Shown one piece after another: positions 25,520 through 38,362 of a stretch of DNA of 64,000 nt. Position 1 is the first letter of the stretch. Each line of letters starts with the position of its first letter. The stretch lies in the NCBI GenBank assembly GCA_964016885.1, contig OZ024764.1, positions 3,100,001-3,164,000 on the forward strand, read 5' to 3'. Source of the stretch: Eledone cirrhosa (lineage: Eukaryota). The notes below the pieces were generated by a model. That model ran no database searches, had not been told where the DNA came from, and was given only the letters and a program-made list of their open reading frames with translations. The translations under genes were made by a program, and so were the position numbers.

Positions 25520-27365
25520 TTACACCAAGGCAGCTTTGGTAGACATTACTCTCAGACACTCTTGTCTCACTTCCACAATATCTTGTGTATCTGGTACCAC
25601 CTACACCAAGGCAGCTCTGGTAGACATTACTGTCAGAAACTGTTGTCTCACCTCCACAATATCTTGTGTATCTGGTACCACCTACACCAAGGCAGCTTTG
25701 GTAGACATTACTGTCAGAAACTCTTGTCTCACCTCCACAATATCTGGTGTATCTGGTACCACCTACACCAAGGCTGCTTTGGTAGACATTACTGTCAGAA
25801 ACTCTTGTCTCACCTCCACAATATTTGGTGTATCTGGTACCACCTACACCAAGGCTGCTTTGGTAGACATTACTGTCAGAAACTCTTGTCTCACCTCCAC
25901 AATATCTTGTGTATCTGGTACCACCTACACCAAGGCTGCTTTGGTAGACATTACTGTCAGAAACTCTTGTCTCACCTCCACAATATCTTGTGTATCTGGT
26001 ACCACCTACACCAAGGCTGCTTTGGTAGACATTACTCTCAGAAACTCTTGTCTCACCTCCACAATATCTTGTGTATCTGGTACCACCTACACCAAGGCAG
26101 CTTTGGTAGACATTACTGTCAGAAACTCTTGTCTCACCTCCACAATATCTTGTGTATCTGGTACCACCTACACCAAGGCTGCTTTGGTAGACATTACTGT
26201 CAGAAACTCTTGTCTCACCTCCACAATATCTTGTGTATCTGGTACCACCTACACCAAGGCTGCTTTGGTAGACATTACTCTCAGAAACTCTTGTCTCACC
26301 TCCACAATATCTTGTGTATCTGGTACCACCTACACCAAGGCTGCTTTGGTAGACATTACTGTCAGAAACTCTTGTCTCACCTCCACAATATTTTGTGTAT
26401 CTGGTACCACCTACACCAAGGCTGCTTTGGTAGACATTACTGTCAGAAACTCTTGTCTCACCTCCACAATATCTTGTGTATCTGGTACCACCTACACCAA
26501 GGCAGCTTTGGTAGACATTACTGTCAGAAACTCTTGTCTCACCTCCACAATATCTTGTGTATCTGGTACCACCTACACCAAGGCAGCTTTGGTAGACATT
26601 ACTGTCAGACACTCTTGTCTCAACTCCACAATATCTTGTGTATCTGGTACCACCTACACCAAGGCAGCTTTGGTAGACATTACTCTCAGAAACTCTTGTC
26701 TCACCTCCACAATATCTTGTGTATCTGGTACCACCTACACCAAGGCAGCTTTGGTAGACATTACTGTCAGACACTCTTGTCTCAACTCCACAATATCTTG
26801 TGTATCTGGTACCACCTACACCAAGGCAGCTTTGGTAGACATTACTCTCAGAAACTCTTGTCTCACCTCCACAATATCTTGTCTATCTGGTACCACCTAC
26901 ACCAAGGCTGCTTTGGTAGACATTACTCTCAGAAACTCTTGTCTCACCTCCACAATATCTTGTGTATCTGGTACCACCTACACCAAGGCAGCTCTGGTAG
27001 ACATTACTCTCAGAAACTCTTGTCTCACCTCCACAATATCTTGTCTATCTGGTACCACCTACACCAAGGCAGCTTTGGTAGACATTACTGTCAGAAACTC
27101 TTGTCTCACCTCCAAAATATCTTGTCTATCTGGTACCACCTACACTAAGGCTGCTTTGGTAGACATTACTGTCAGAAACTCTTGTCTCACCTCCACAATA
27201 TCTTGTCTATCTGGTACCACCTACACCAAGGCAGCTTTGGTAGACATTACTGTCAGACACTCTTGTCTCACCTCCACAATATCTTGTGTATCTGGTACCA
27301 CCTACACCAAGGCAACTTTAGTAGACATTACTCTCAGAAATTCCTGTCTCACCACCTCCACATGT
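25520..27365. repeat. 81-bp minisatellite (about 22 copies), intronic
   Basis: Unit tacaccaaggcagctttggtagacattactgtcagaaactcttgtctcacctccacaatatcttgtgtatctggtaccacc. Confidence 0.97.
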
Positions 27366-28404
27366 TATTGTACATCTGGCATCACCCATACGCCAATTTG
27401 TTTACAGTTTGTAGTTTGTCATTGCTGTTTTTATATTAAAGTAAGGCATAAAAATGTTTGAGATGCTGATGTGGGGCACAGAAGACTGGGAACCATTGGC
27501 TTACATTCTTTCAAGATCGATAAAGAGATTATGGGCCCAGTGCTGGTGCAGCCTTCTCTCTCTTTCCAGCTGTCACAGCCTGGATCTGTTAGTTCAAAGG
27601 AGGGAGGGTTGAAAGAATGTTCGTGTCTGCTGAGGTCCACTTTGGTTTTTATCCTTTCGGGGTCAATAAAGAAAGTTCCAGCCATATGCTGTGGCAGCCC
27701 TCTTCCCTCTTCCCAGCTGTCGTATCATAGATGTTCTGCTGGATCGAAGGAAGGAGGGGTGAGAGAGTGTTGTCCGAGGAGGTCCACTTTGCTTTTCGTC
27801 CTTTTGAAGGTTAATAAAGAAAGCACCAACCTTGCACTGGTATTTCCCCCTACACACACACAGTCTGTCATTCCTGGGTACTCCGTTGGATCAATGGAAG
27901 GAGGGGTGGTCTGTGTCTACTCAAAACTGCTGGGGCACCGAAAACCCCAGCAAAAGAAATACATGCTACCAAGTCATACTCAATTACCAGTGACGGCTGT
28001 TGTAGATTTTTAGTTTTTATATTTATGTTTATATGTGTGCTTATTCATAATCTCACAGCATGGTCTTGATGTTTCATCAAAGCATCTCTTCTCAAGTGAA
28101 ATTTAACAAACACATGCTTTGCTGAAACATCAATGCCATGCTGTAACATGATGAATAAATTTACTTCTCTTTCTGTATATTTTTAATTTTATTTAAGCCT
28201 TTTGCTACTAAACTGCCTGAAATTGACCCTGGTTCTATGATACAAAACTTATCTAAAAAGCTTCCATCAAAATTTTATCTTAAAACCTTTGTTATGTTAT
28301 GTTCCAAACACAAAATAAATAATGAGGAAATTAGTTATATTACTAAATTCCTCCAAATTTTTTTTATTAATTTCAAAATGAATTAAAAAACTATAGAGAA
28401 AAAT

Positions 28405-29621
28405 ATCTTTCATTAGAAATATGGTAATGAAAGAACCTTTGTTAAGTTATGTTCCAAACACCAACAGTGTCTTTCATTCGAAATATGGTAATGAAAGAAC
28501 TTTTGTTAAGTTATGTTCCAAACACCAACAGTATCTTTCATTCGAAATATGGTAATGAAAGAACCTTTGTTAAGTTATGTTCCAAACACCAACAGTGTCT
28601 TTCATTAGAAATATGGTAATGAAAGAACTTTTGTTAAGTTATGTTCCAAACACCAACAGTGTCTTTCATTAGAAATATGGTAATGAAAGAACCTTTGTTA
28701 AGTTATGTTCCAAACACCAACAGTGTCTTTCATTAGAAATATGGTAATGAAAGAACTTTTGTTAAGTTATGTTCCAAACACCAACAGTGTCTTTCATTAG
28801 AAATATGGTAATGAAAGAACCTTTGTTAAGTTATGTTCCAAACACCAACAGTGTCTTTCATTAGAAATATGGTAATGAAAGAACCTTTGTTAAGTTATGT
28901 TCCAAACACCAACAGTGTCTTTCATTAGAAATATGGTAATGAAAGAACCTTTGTTAAGTTATGTTCCAAACACCAACAGTGTCTTTCATTAGAAATATGG
29001 TAATGAAAGAACCTTTGTTAAGTTATGTTCCAAACACCAACAGTGTCTTTCATTAGAAATATGGTAATGAAAGAACCTTTGTTAAGTTATGTTCCAAACA
29101 CCAACAGTGTCTTTCATTAGAAATATGGTTTATGAAAGAAGCTTTGTTAAGTTATGTTCCAAACACCAACAGTGTCTTTCATTAGAAATATGGTAATGAA
29201 AGAACCTTTGTTAAGTTATGTTCCAAACACCAACAGTGTCTTTCATTAGAAATATGGTAATGAAAGAACTTTTGTTAAGTTATGTTCCAAACACCAACAG
29301 TGTCTTTCATTAGAAATATGGTAATGAAAGAACCTTTGTTAAGTTATGTTCCAAACACCAACAGTGTCTTTCATTAGAAATATGGTAATGAAAGAACCTT
29401 TGTTAAGTTATGTTCCAAACACCAACAGTGTCTTTCATTAGAAATATGGTAATGAAAGAACCTTTGTTAAGTTATGTTCCAAACACCAACAGTGTCTTTC
29501 ATTAGAAATATGGTAATGAAAGACCCTTTGTTAAGTTATGTTCCAAACACTAACAGTGTCTTCCATTAGAAATATGGTAATGAAAGAACCTTTGTTAAGT
29601 TATGTTCCAAACACCAACAGT
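28405..29621. repeat. 64-bp minisatellite (about 19 copies)
   Basis: Unit gaacctttgttaagttatgttccaaacaccaacagtgtctttcattagaaatatggtaatgaaa; a sub-unit of the 116-bp repeat. Confidence 0.97.
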
Positions 29622-30109
29622 GGTTTTTTGCTAGCATGTGTAGTGTGTATATTGATATTATACGCAAGTATATATACATGTAGATATGATACATGTGTAG
29701 TGTGTATATTGATATTATACACAAGTATATATACATATAGATATGATACATCAAATGAAATTGTAATTGACAATATACACAGAAATTGAAGAGAGACTGT
29801 GTTACACTGTCTTATGTAATCAGTAAAGTAATCCATGATACATTAAAAATAGACGATATTATATATAAACTGGATTACGGTGACATGTAATGAAACCTTA
29901 TATAACGATGCAAATATATGGATGTTTACATAAGCGATGTAATAAGTGTTATGATATAACGGACGCTAACTGGAAGTGTTGACATTTGAACATTTTAAAG
30001 AAGTGAATCTTGAAATAAGCAATAATTATATATAAGAATATCTATGTTTAATCAACAGCTACGAAATTTAGTAGATAAATTATGTAATATTCATTATTTA
30101 TTTATTCAA

Positions 30110-30500
30110 AGGGCGGTGAATTGGCAGTATCGGTAGAGGGTCGGACGCCATGCTTTGACAAATAGAGTTACGGCCCTTGCCATTCTGAGTTCAAATCCCG
30201 TCGAGGTTAACTTTGCCTTTCATCCTTACGGGGTCGATAAAATAAAGTACCAGTAATACACCGGCCAATTGCTGGCCTTGTGCCAAAAGTAGAAACAATT
30301 ATTTATTCTAAGGGCGGTGGATTGGCAGTATTGGTGGAGGGTCGGACGCCATGCTTTCCAGTATAGTTACGGCCCTTTACGATCTGAGTTCAAATCCCGC
30401 CGAGGTTAACTTTGCCTTTCATCCTTACGGGGTCGATAAAATAAAGTATCAGTAATGCACTGGGTAATTGCTGGCCTTGTGCCTAAAGTTGAAACAATTA
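30110..30500 (+). mobile_element. Two tandem copies of a second tRNA-derived SINE family (Meta-domain-like)
   Basis: ggcggtgaattggcagtatcggtaga head, gagttcaaatccc B box, gcctttcatccttacggggtcgataaaataaagtaccag central domain, (att)n-like tail. Confidence 0.85.
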
Positions 30501-30798
30501 TTTATTCAAAGTAATCCAACTTATTTTACTAAGGGGATAAAAATTTATAAAACGGACCCAGTCCCGCACTCATTACTTTATTATAGTTTAGGTGGTAACA
30601 AAAGGGTTAAAGTGTTTATATTTGTTGTCGGTTATTTTTGTTATTTATTATTATTGTTGCTGATGTTGTAGCTGTTGTTGTTGTTGTCGTTGTTGTAGCT
30701 TTTTTTTCTTTTTCTTTTCTTTTTCTTTCTTTTTTTTTTTTTTTTTTTTTTTTTTTTCTCCTTCCGTGGCGCTTTTTCTGGTAACTGTGTTGTGGCAG

Positions 30799-31212
30799 GA
30801 ATGCATCACCCGAGTATGCCCGTTCCGAACGGGACCCAACAACGTGGAGGAGTGGTTTCGGCTGCCATGGTGCTGCCCCCTGTTGGTGGTGGTGGTGGTG
30901 GTGGTGGCGGTGGTGGTGGTATCTCCCCCTCTGGAACCCAGCACCTCAACCAACAACAACAACAACAACAACATCTCCTTCTTCAACAACAACACCAGCA
31001 GCAGCAGCAGCAGCAACATCAACTACAGCTACAACATCATCATCATCATCAACAACAACTGCTACTAGGGCAGGGCCAGGTTCAGCGCCCCGTTTACATG
31101 TCACCATATCATCATCAACAGCAGCAGCAACACCAACAACACCACCTCCTTTACCAACAACAACACCATCATCTGCCCGGCATGCGATATCCAGGATTAC
31201 AGCCACTACCAG
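30799..31212 (+). CDS. PBRM1: Polybromo-1 low-complexity Gly/Gln/His/Pro-rich exon (GMHHPSMPVPNG...polyG...polyQ...PGMRYPGLQPLP)
   Basis: Long poly-T tract plus ggcag acceptor in phase 1; open frame; best phase-1 donor is CCAG|gcatgt (GC-AG); position corresponds to the Pro/Gly/Gln-rich region between the HMG box and C-terminal domain of PBRM1. The 3' boundary is less certain. Confidence 0.72.
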
Positions 31213-31905
31213 GCATGTCCACATCCAACGTCTCCTTCCCCCCTCTCTCGGAGGGGGGACAGGGTCGTACATTATTCTTGCCTCCACCCATTTCTTCTCC
31301 TCCTCCCCCTCACGGGGGTCATACATTGCTAGTGTTACCTGAACCTCCTCCTCCTCCCCCTTCTTCCCCCCCCTTTCGGGGGTCACATTACTACTATTAC
31401 CTGCACCCATCGCTCCTCCCCCTCTCGGGTTGTCGAGAGAGGGGGTGGTTGTATGTTTTTTACCCTCATTTGCCTCTCCTCTTCCTGTCAAGGGTCGTAT
31501 ATTCTAACCTCATGCTCGCTGCGGCAACCCTCTTGTAGGAGCAGTGGTCGTACTTTCTTACCCTTGCTTACTTCTCTTCCTCCTCCTCTTCCTCATACCT
31601 ATGACTACCTGTCCCCCCTTTCCATTCTCACCTTGTGATACACCTCAACGACCCCCGCCTATGGCACTGCAACCATAGTTTGTCTTGTCATCTAACTTCT
31701 AGCTTCATCTTTACAACTTGTGTATAACTGAAACAGCTGCAGATCCTCTTTACTAAAGAGTCGTTGCTAAATAGGACTAAATAGGAATTTTGAAGTGACT
31801 CTGGCTTCTAAATGTAGAATATATAAGAATTATATGCACCATAGATGAAATCCACATACATGTGTGTGTGTGGGTGTGTGAATATATGTATATATATTGA
31901 TATAT

Positions 31906-32086
31906 ATCATCATCATCATTTTACGTCCGCTTTTCCTTGCTTGCAAGGGTGGGACAGGAACTGATTCTGGCTTGATTTCTACAGCTGGATGCCCTTCCTA
32001 ACACCAACCTCATTTACAGTGAGTGCTGGGTGCTTTTTTGCCGTGGCACCTCCACGACCACTTTGCAGTGGAATGATAGGGACCCC
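31906..32086 (-). mobile_element. CORE-like SINE, 3' portion
   Basis: Reverse complement of the tail region of 14429-14770. Confidence 0.8.
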
Positions 32087-32914
32087 TATATAGAAATAAG
32101 CTATAAAGCTTGACTTTGTTTGTAAACAGCAAAGATTTGAAAAACAGCTAGTAAATTGGGCTTATGCTAAATTTGACTAAATAAATTAGTCTATTAGTTG
32201 GGATTATAAAAAAACCCACAGAATAGAAAAAAAAGGGGATGAGCATTATCTTTGGTTTGCCAGACCAAAGATGTGAGTTTGTGTTCCATGTACATCAATG
32301 GAAAGGGGAAGAAATGAAAAATATTTCTTCAGGAAAAAGCACATCTGTTCATTTTGCCATCTCTCTATACACTTCAAAAGGTTCGCGGAAAAAGAACAGA
32401 AAATAATGTTTAAGTTATGATGTTTATTTGTCAACATATGCTCCATCTAGGTCAATACACTTCTGTAAGTGTTGATACCAGCCTTTAAGTCCATCTGTGT
32501 AAAACTGAGGGCCATGTGATTTAAACCATGTCAAAGCAGCTTTTTACATCTTCAACTGGGGATCATCTTCAACCTCATCTCTTCCATGACTTATCCATTT
32601 GTAGGTTGTTGATTACTATGGGACATTGTCCCCATAAACTTGCTCCAGTGTGTCAATGGTTTGGCTGCTCTTCCACCCTAGCTTCACCATGGATTTGATG
32701 TTTTGATGGAGGCCATGTTGCTAGGAGTGGGTACTGACTTCAGACTGGCGGGGCAGCATTGTAACATGTATTTAAGGGTTTGTGTTATGACACGTTAGTA
32801 CGAGAACATACAGATGTATTGAGGTCAGAATCCCTGCATTTGATCTTTAGCTGTGTACTTCTTCCACAAACATTTTGAAGCCCCCTTGTATATATATATA
32901 TGTATATCTATATA

Positions 32915-33131
32915 TCATCATCATCATCATACATCCACTTTTCCCTGCTTGCAAGGGTGGGATGGGTCCTATTCAGCACAGCATCTCTCCACTTGTCACG
33001 GTCCTTCGTCATCTCCTCCGTGAGTTTCAGCGATCTGAGGTCTGCTCTCACCACCTCCGCCCAGGATTTTCGTGGTCTTCCTCTACTGCGTCTTCCTTCC
33101 ACTGGGATTTCTTGGCACTTCTTTACCCAGC

Positions 33132-33132
<1 letters not shown>
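32915..33132 (-). mobile_element. 5'-truncated RTE-clade LINE 3' end
   Basis: VEGRRSRGRPRKSW...DRDKWR motif of the RTE C-terminus; (GAT)n tail; flanked by (TA)n. Confidence 0.85.
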
Positions 33133-33163
<31 letters not shown>

Positions 33164-33299
33164 CTTACACAATCTCACTTCAATGTTGTGCCCTCCTCTG
33201 CCTTATACTCACCCACCTAGCTTTCACCATCATCATCATCATCATCATCATTATCTCTATCATTACCATTGTCACCACAAGCCATGCCGCCATTATTAT

Positions 33300-33480
33300 C
33301 AGTATCGGTAGAGGGTTGGACGCCATACTTTCTAGCATAGTTGCCTCCCTGTATGATCTGAGTTCAAATCCCGCCAAGGTTAACTTTGCCTTTCATCCTT
33401 CCGGGGTCGATAGAATAAAGTACCAGTAATGCACTGGGTAATTGCTGGCCTTGTGCCTAAAGTAGAAACAATTATTATCA
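33300..33480 (+). mobile_element. Meta-domain-like tRNA SINE
   Basis: Homologous head remnant, central domain and tail. Confidence 0.8.
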
Positions 33481-33747
33481 TTGTTATCACTACTATATAG
33501 TATACCACCTACTATATAGTATACCACCACCACCACCACCATCACTGTCATCATCATAATCATCACATTTTCTATGGCCACTACTACCACCACCACCACC
33601 ACTTTCATCATCATTGTCATCATCACCATTTCTACAGCCACTACCACCACGACTACCAGCACCATCATGCATACTATTTCCTATACCGCCACCTCCACCA
33701 CCATCTTCACTACCATTATCAATATCACCACCACCACTGGACCAATT

Positions 33748-34880
33748 TGATGATCAGCTCCTTTCTTCTGTCAGGAGTTGTGACTGACAGATAGTATCAG
33801 TAATGGAAAGACCAATGGAGACATTGTTTCCTTGGTCTGATCTGATGATCAGCTCCTTTCTTCTGTCAGGAGTTGTGACTGACAGATAGTATCAGTAATG
33901 GAAAGACCAATGGAGACATTGTTTCCTTGGTCTGATCTGATGATCAGCTCCTTTCTTCTGTCAGGAGTTGTGACTGACAGATAGTATCAGTAATGGAAAG
34001 ACCAATGGAGACATTGTTTCCTTGGTCTGATCTGATGATCAGCTCCTTACTTCTGCCAGGAGTTGTGACTGACAGATAGTATCAGTAATGGAAAGACCAA
34101 TGGAGACATTGTTTCCTTGGTCTGATCTGATGATCAGCTCCTTTCTTCTGCCAGGTGTTGTGACTGACAGATAGTATCAGTAATGGAAAGACCAATGGAG
34201 ACATTGTTTCCTTGGTCTGATCTGATGATCAGCTCCTTTCTTCTGCCAGGTGTTGTGACTGACAGATAGTATCAGTAATGGAAAGACCAATGGAGACATT
34301 GTTTCCTTGGTCTGATCTGATGATCAGCTCCTTTCTTCTGTCAGGAGTTGTGACTGACAGATAGTATCAGTAATGGAAAGACTAATGGAGACATTGTTTC
34401 CTTGGTCTGATCTGATGATCAGCTCCTTACTTCTGCCAGGTGTTGTGACTGACAGATAGTATCAGTAATGGAAAGACCAATGGAGACATTGTTTCCTTGG
34501 TCTGATCTGATGATCAGCTCCTTTCTTCTGTCAGGAGTTGTGACTGACAGATAGTATCAGTAATGGAAAGACCAATGGAGACATTGTTTCCTTGGTCTGA
34601 TCTGATGATCAGCTCCTTACTTCTGCCAGGAGTTGTGACTGACAGATAGTATCAGTAATGGAAAGACCAATGGAGACATTGTTTCCTTGGTCTGATCTGA
34701 TGATCAGCTCCTTTCTTCTGCCAGGTGTTGTGACTGACAGATAGTATCAGTAATGGAAAGACCAATGGAGACATTGTTTCCTTGGTCTGATCTGATGATC
34801 AGCTCCTTTCTTCTGCCAGGAGTTGTGACTGACAGATAGTATCAGTAATGGAAAGACCAATGGAGACATTGTTTCCTTGG
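33748..34880. repeat. 95-bp minisatellite (about 12 copies)
   Basis: Period 95; tgatgatcagctcc...ggagacattgtttccttggtctgatc. Confidence 0.97.
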
Positions 34881-35084
34881 TTCAATCTGCCTTGATTAAT
34901 AGCTGTCTTTTCCATTTTTTTTTCTCTTTAAAGTGTATTGAGAGCTGGGGGAGAATTCATGTGGTATCTGCTGTGATAGAAAGACTCAGACCATTACTAT
35001 TGCTGCTGTTTATGGGGGATGGGTTGTTGTGATGTCTCCGAAGTCTCGAGTTAGAGACAGCTGCTTGTGACACAACTACTTAGC

Positions 35085-35420
35085 TCATCACCACCACCAT
35101 CAACACCACCACTACTATCACCATCGCTGCCACTACTATCACCACTACCACCATCACTATCACTACCACCATCACCGCTACCACCACCACCATCAACACC
35201 ACCACTACTATCACCATCGCCACCACCACTGCCATTGTCACTACTATCACCACTACCACCATCACTACTATCACCACCACCACCACCACGACCATTGCCG
35301 CCACCATCATCACTACCATCACCGCTACCACCACCACTACTATCACCATCGCCATCACCACCACTACCACCACCATCACTGCCACCATCATCACTACCAC
35401 CACTACTGCTGTTGCCACCA
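35085..35420. repeat. (CAC/CAT/TAC)n trinucleotide low-complexity tract
   Basis: Degenerate trinucleotide repeats. Confidence 0.9.
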
Positions 35421-35854
35421 TTCTTTCCCTCTCCACCATGTATCCATAGCAACTATCCATCTCCACCGCCACCGCCGTCATCATCTATGGATGATGCCAC
35501 CACCACCACCACTGCCACCAATCTAACACCACCTCTCCCCTCCATCCAACAATGTCTCCACTGCCACCGCTAATTACTTCCCCCTTCCTCCGTGTATCCA
35601 TAGCAACTAACTATCTCTCCGCTGTTCTTTTCACCATCTCCTCCTTCTCCCCCTGGGCGATTGGAGCAAGATGGTGGTGGGAGGTAGAAGATCAGACACT
35701 TTGCTGCCCCCTCCCCTCTTCTCCCCTCCTCCACTGATCGTGTGTCCAACACGACCCTAACCACAGTTCCCCAGGACCCTCACATGATTTGTGGACCAGG
35801 TGGAGTGTTGGGTGCCTTGTGCATGCAAGAAGACCCCCCCCCCCCCCCCGTAGA

Positions 35855-36790
35855 ATGCCAGCTAAACCTACATAGGTGTGAGATATAACAGTAGCAACAG
35901 CATTATAGTACAGGGGCCCCTATCATTACAAACACCCAAGAAACCTCCCATGAGATACAGCATGTTGTGACTGGGAACCCTTATCTTTAAGACACCCCAA
36001 AAACCTCCTATGAGATGCAGCCTTGTAGGACACCAGCTAAACCTACATAGGTGTGAGCTGTAACAACATGATAGGACTGGGGTCCCTATCATTAAAACAC
36101 CCAAGAAACCTCCTATGAGATACAACCTTGGAGGAGGCCAGCTAAACCTACATAGGTGTGAGCTGTAACAACATGATAGGACTGGGGTCCCTATCATTAA
36201 AACACCCAAGAAACCTCCTATGAGATACAACCTTGGAGGAGGCCAGCTAAACCTACATAGGTGTGAGCTGTAACAACATGATAGGACTGGGGTCCCTATC
36301 ATTAAAACACCCAAGAAACCTCCTATGAGATACAACCTTGTAGGAGGCCAGCTAAACCTACATAGGTGTGAGCTGTAACAACATAATAGGACTGGGGTCC
36401 CTATCATTAAAACACCCAAGAAACCTCCTATCAGATGCAGCCTTGTCGGAGGCCAGCTAAACCTACATAGGTGTGAGCTGTAACAACATAATAGGACTGG
36501 GGTCCCTATCATTAAAACATCCAAGAAACCTCCTATGAGATTCAACCTTGTAGGAGGCCAGCTAAACCTACATAGGTGTGAGCTGTAACAATATGATAGG
36601 ACTGCGGTCCCTATCACAAAAACACAAGAGAAACCTCCCATGAGACTAGCTAAACCTATATAAGTGTGAGCTGTAATATGATAGGACTGAGGTAAAAATA
36701 TTAGAGAAACCTGCATAGGTGTGAGCTGTAACAACATAATAGGGCGGAGGTCCCTATCATTAAAACACTTAAGAAACCTCCTATGGGGGT
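35855..36790. repeat. 105-bp dispersed minisatellite family, array 2
   Basis: Unit ccagctaaacctacataggtgtgagctgtaacaacatgataggactggggtccctatcattaaaacacccaagaaacctcctatgagatacaaccttgtaggagg. Confidence 0.93.
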
Positions 36791-37593
36791 ACAAACTTGT
36801 ACTGTGATGTGCAGCCTATGTGCATCCATCCCACACCAAGTCGCAGGCCTGTCGCCAGTCTTTTCGTACTTGATAGAGTGCACAACTTGGAGATCAGGGA
36901 GTCACTCGAAGAGGAGCCCTTTTCCACATCAGGAGATCATAACTTTGGTAAAATAAAGTACCAGTAATGCACTGGATAATTGCTGGCCTTGTGCCTAAAG
37001 TAGAAACAATTATTAGAATAACTAAGGAAAGAATCAGAGAACATATTTCTAATTAAATACACTCTCTTGGGTTTACTAAAATAGATTATTTCATTACTAA
37101 GATATTAACTTAGCATATGGTTCTTATATAAATTATATTGGGAAGATTTAATGTTTAATTTAAATAAAAACACTCTTGAATATTTCAATTAATAAACAAT
37201 TTCGAGGGATATAATAGAATAATTAATTATTTCATCACTAAGATAGAAACTTGAATGGTTTTAATAAATAATTATGGTAGATTTTAATTTAAATAGCAGC
37301 ACTTTAAAATATTTCAATTGATTAATGAAGAATTTTGAGGGATTTAATAAAATTATTAATTATTTCATTACTCAGATAGTAATATTACATATGGTTCTTA
37401 TATAAAATTATGGTGGAAGGGTTTAATTTAAATAGGAACACTTTAAAGGGGTTGGTTTTGTTTGATAGAAGCAGGGGTGGTTTTGGGAGTGGGTCAACAT
37501 CAAAAGGTTAATATATTAGATTTATATATTAACATATTGTTGTTTGTTTCTCTTTTTTTTTTCATTTTCTTTTCTTTTTTTTTTTCTGTCTAG

Positions 37594-37699
37594 GAGGTCA
37601 ACAGATGGCTCCCCCACCCCAGCCACGACCACCCTCACCGATATTTGTTGCTGTACCTCCCCGGACTCAAAGGTTGTTGCATTCTGAAGCATATATCAG
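37594..37699 (+). CDS. PBRM1: Polybromo-1 exon (GGQQMAPPPQPRPPSPIFVAVPPRTQRLLHSEAYI)
   Basis: Matches the PBRM1 hallmark PMFVAPPPKTQRLLHSEAYL; poly-T plus tctag acceptor; CAG|gtgagt donor; phase 1-2; missed by the ORF track. Confidence 0.95.
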
Positions 37700-37715
37700 G
37701 TGAGTTGATGTACTA

Positions 37716-37865
37716 GGTGAATTTGTAGAACCGGTAGTTACCTCCCTTTACGTTCTGAGTCCAAATCCCACCGAGGTTGACTTTGCCTTTCATCCTTACG
37801 GGGTCGATAAAATAAAGTACCAGTAATGCACTGGGGTCAGTTTTATCAACTTGCTGGCCTTGTGT
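37716..37865 (+). mobile_element. Meta-domain-like tRNA SINE immediately after a PBRM1 donor
   Basis: Central domain gcctttcatccttacggggtcgataaaataaagtaccag. Confidence 0.75.
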
Positions 37866-37944
37866 TGCCAGTACAATGTGGTAGAAATATATAAAGGGCA
37901 AAGGATGAGAAAGTAATGTTTTTACTGGGTTTAGTTTGTGATCT

Positions 37945-38362
37945 TGGTTGTCCATCGTAAACGATGGTGACATCTTCTTTATTATAGTTCCCGTCTGCCG
38001 TGGGCACAAAGGTGGCTGTGGAGGCCGATCCTTGACTTGCAGGTCCGGGGACAGTGGGGGCAGGAGAAGAGACCAGAGTCGTTTGGGGCAGCTGTTGATG
38101 TCTTTCTCCTCCTCCTTTCACGGGTCTCAGTGACCTCTGCCCGTCTCTTCTCTTCAAAAGAGTCTTTGGCGCGTCTGGTAAGGGCTCGCCACTCAGTCCT
38201 GTCCTGTCCTGAGCATGAGACTCGAGTTGTTTTGGGGCGATTCCAGTGTTGTTGATACTGGACTTCACGCAGTCTTTGAACCTCTTGAGAGGCCTGCCCC
38301 GCTTTCGTTTCCCCGAACACAGTTCCCCATACATCAGCTGCTTCGGAAGGCTGTCATCGTCC
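37945..38362 (-). mobile_element. 5'-truncated RTE-clade LINE 3' end with C2H2-like finger, frameshifted
   Basis: LPKQLMYGEL..GKR.RGRPLKRFKD, then DRTEWR...FSCPHCPRTCKSRIGLHSHL. Confidence 0.87.

Noticed and set aside
25395-27461. 688-aa ORF of 27-aa Thr/Ser/Cys repeats (plus 544-aa and 422-aa overlapping ORFs)
   Set aside because: An 81-bp minisatellite open in several frames on both strands, intronic to PBRM1, with no signal peptide or convincing splice context; artefact of unit length being a multiple of 3
35051-35573. Gly-rich / Pro-rich ORFs resembling extensin or collagen
   Set aside because: Degenerate trinucleotide tract open in multiple frames, with no splice or homology support
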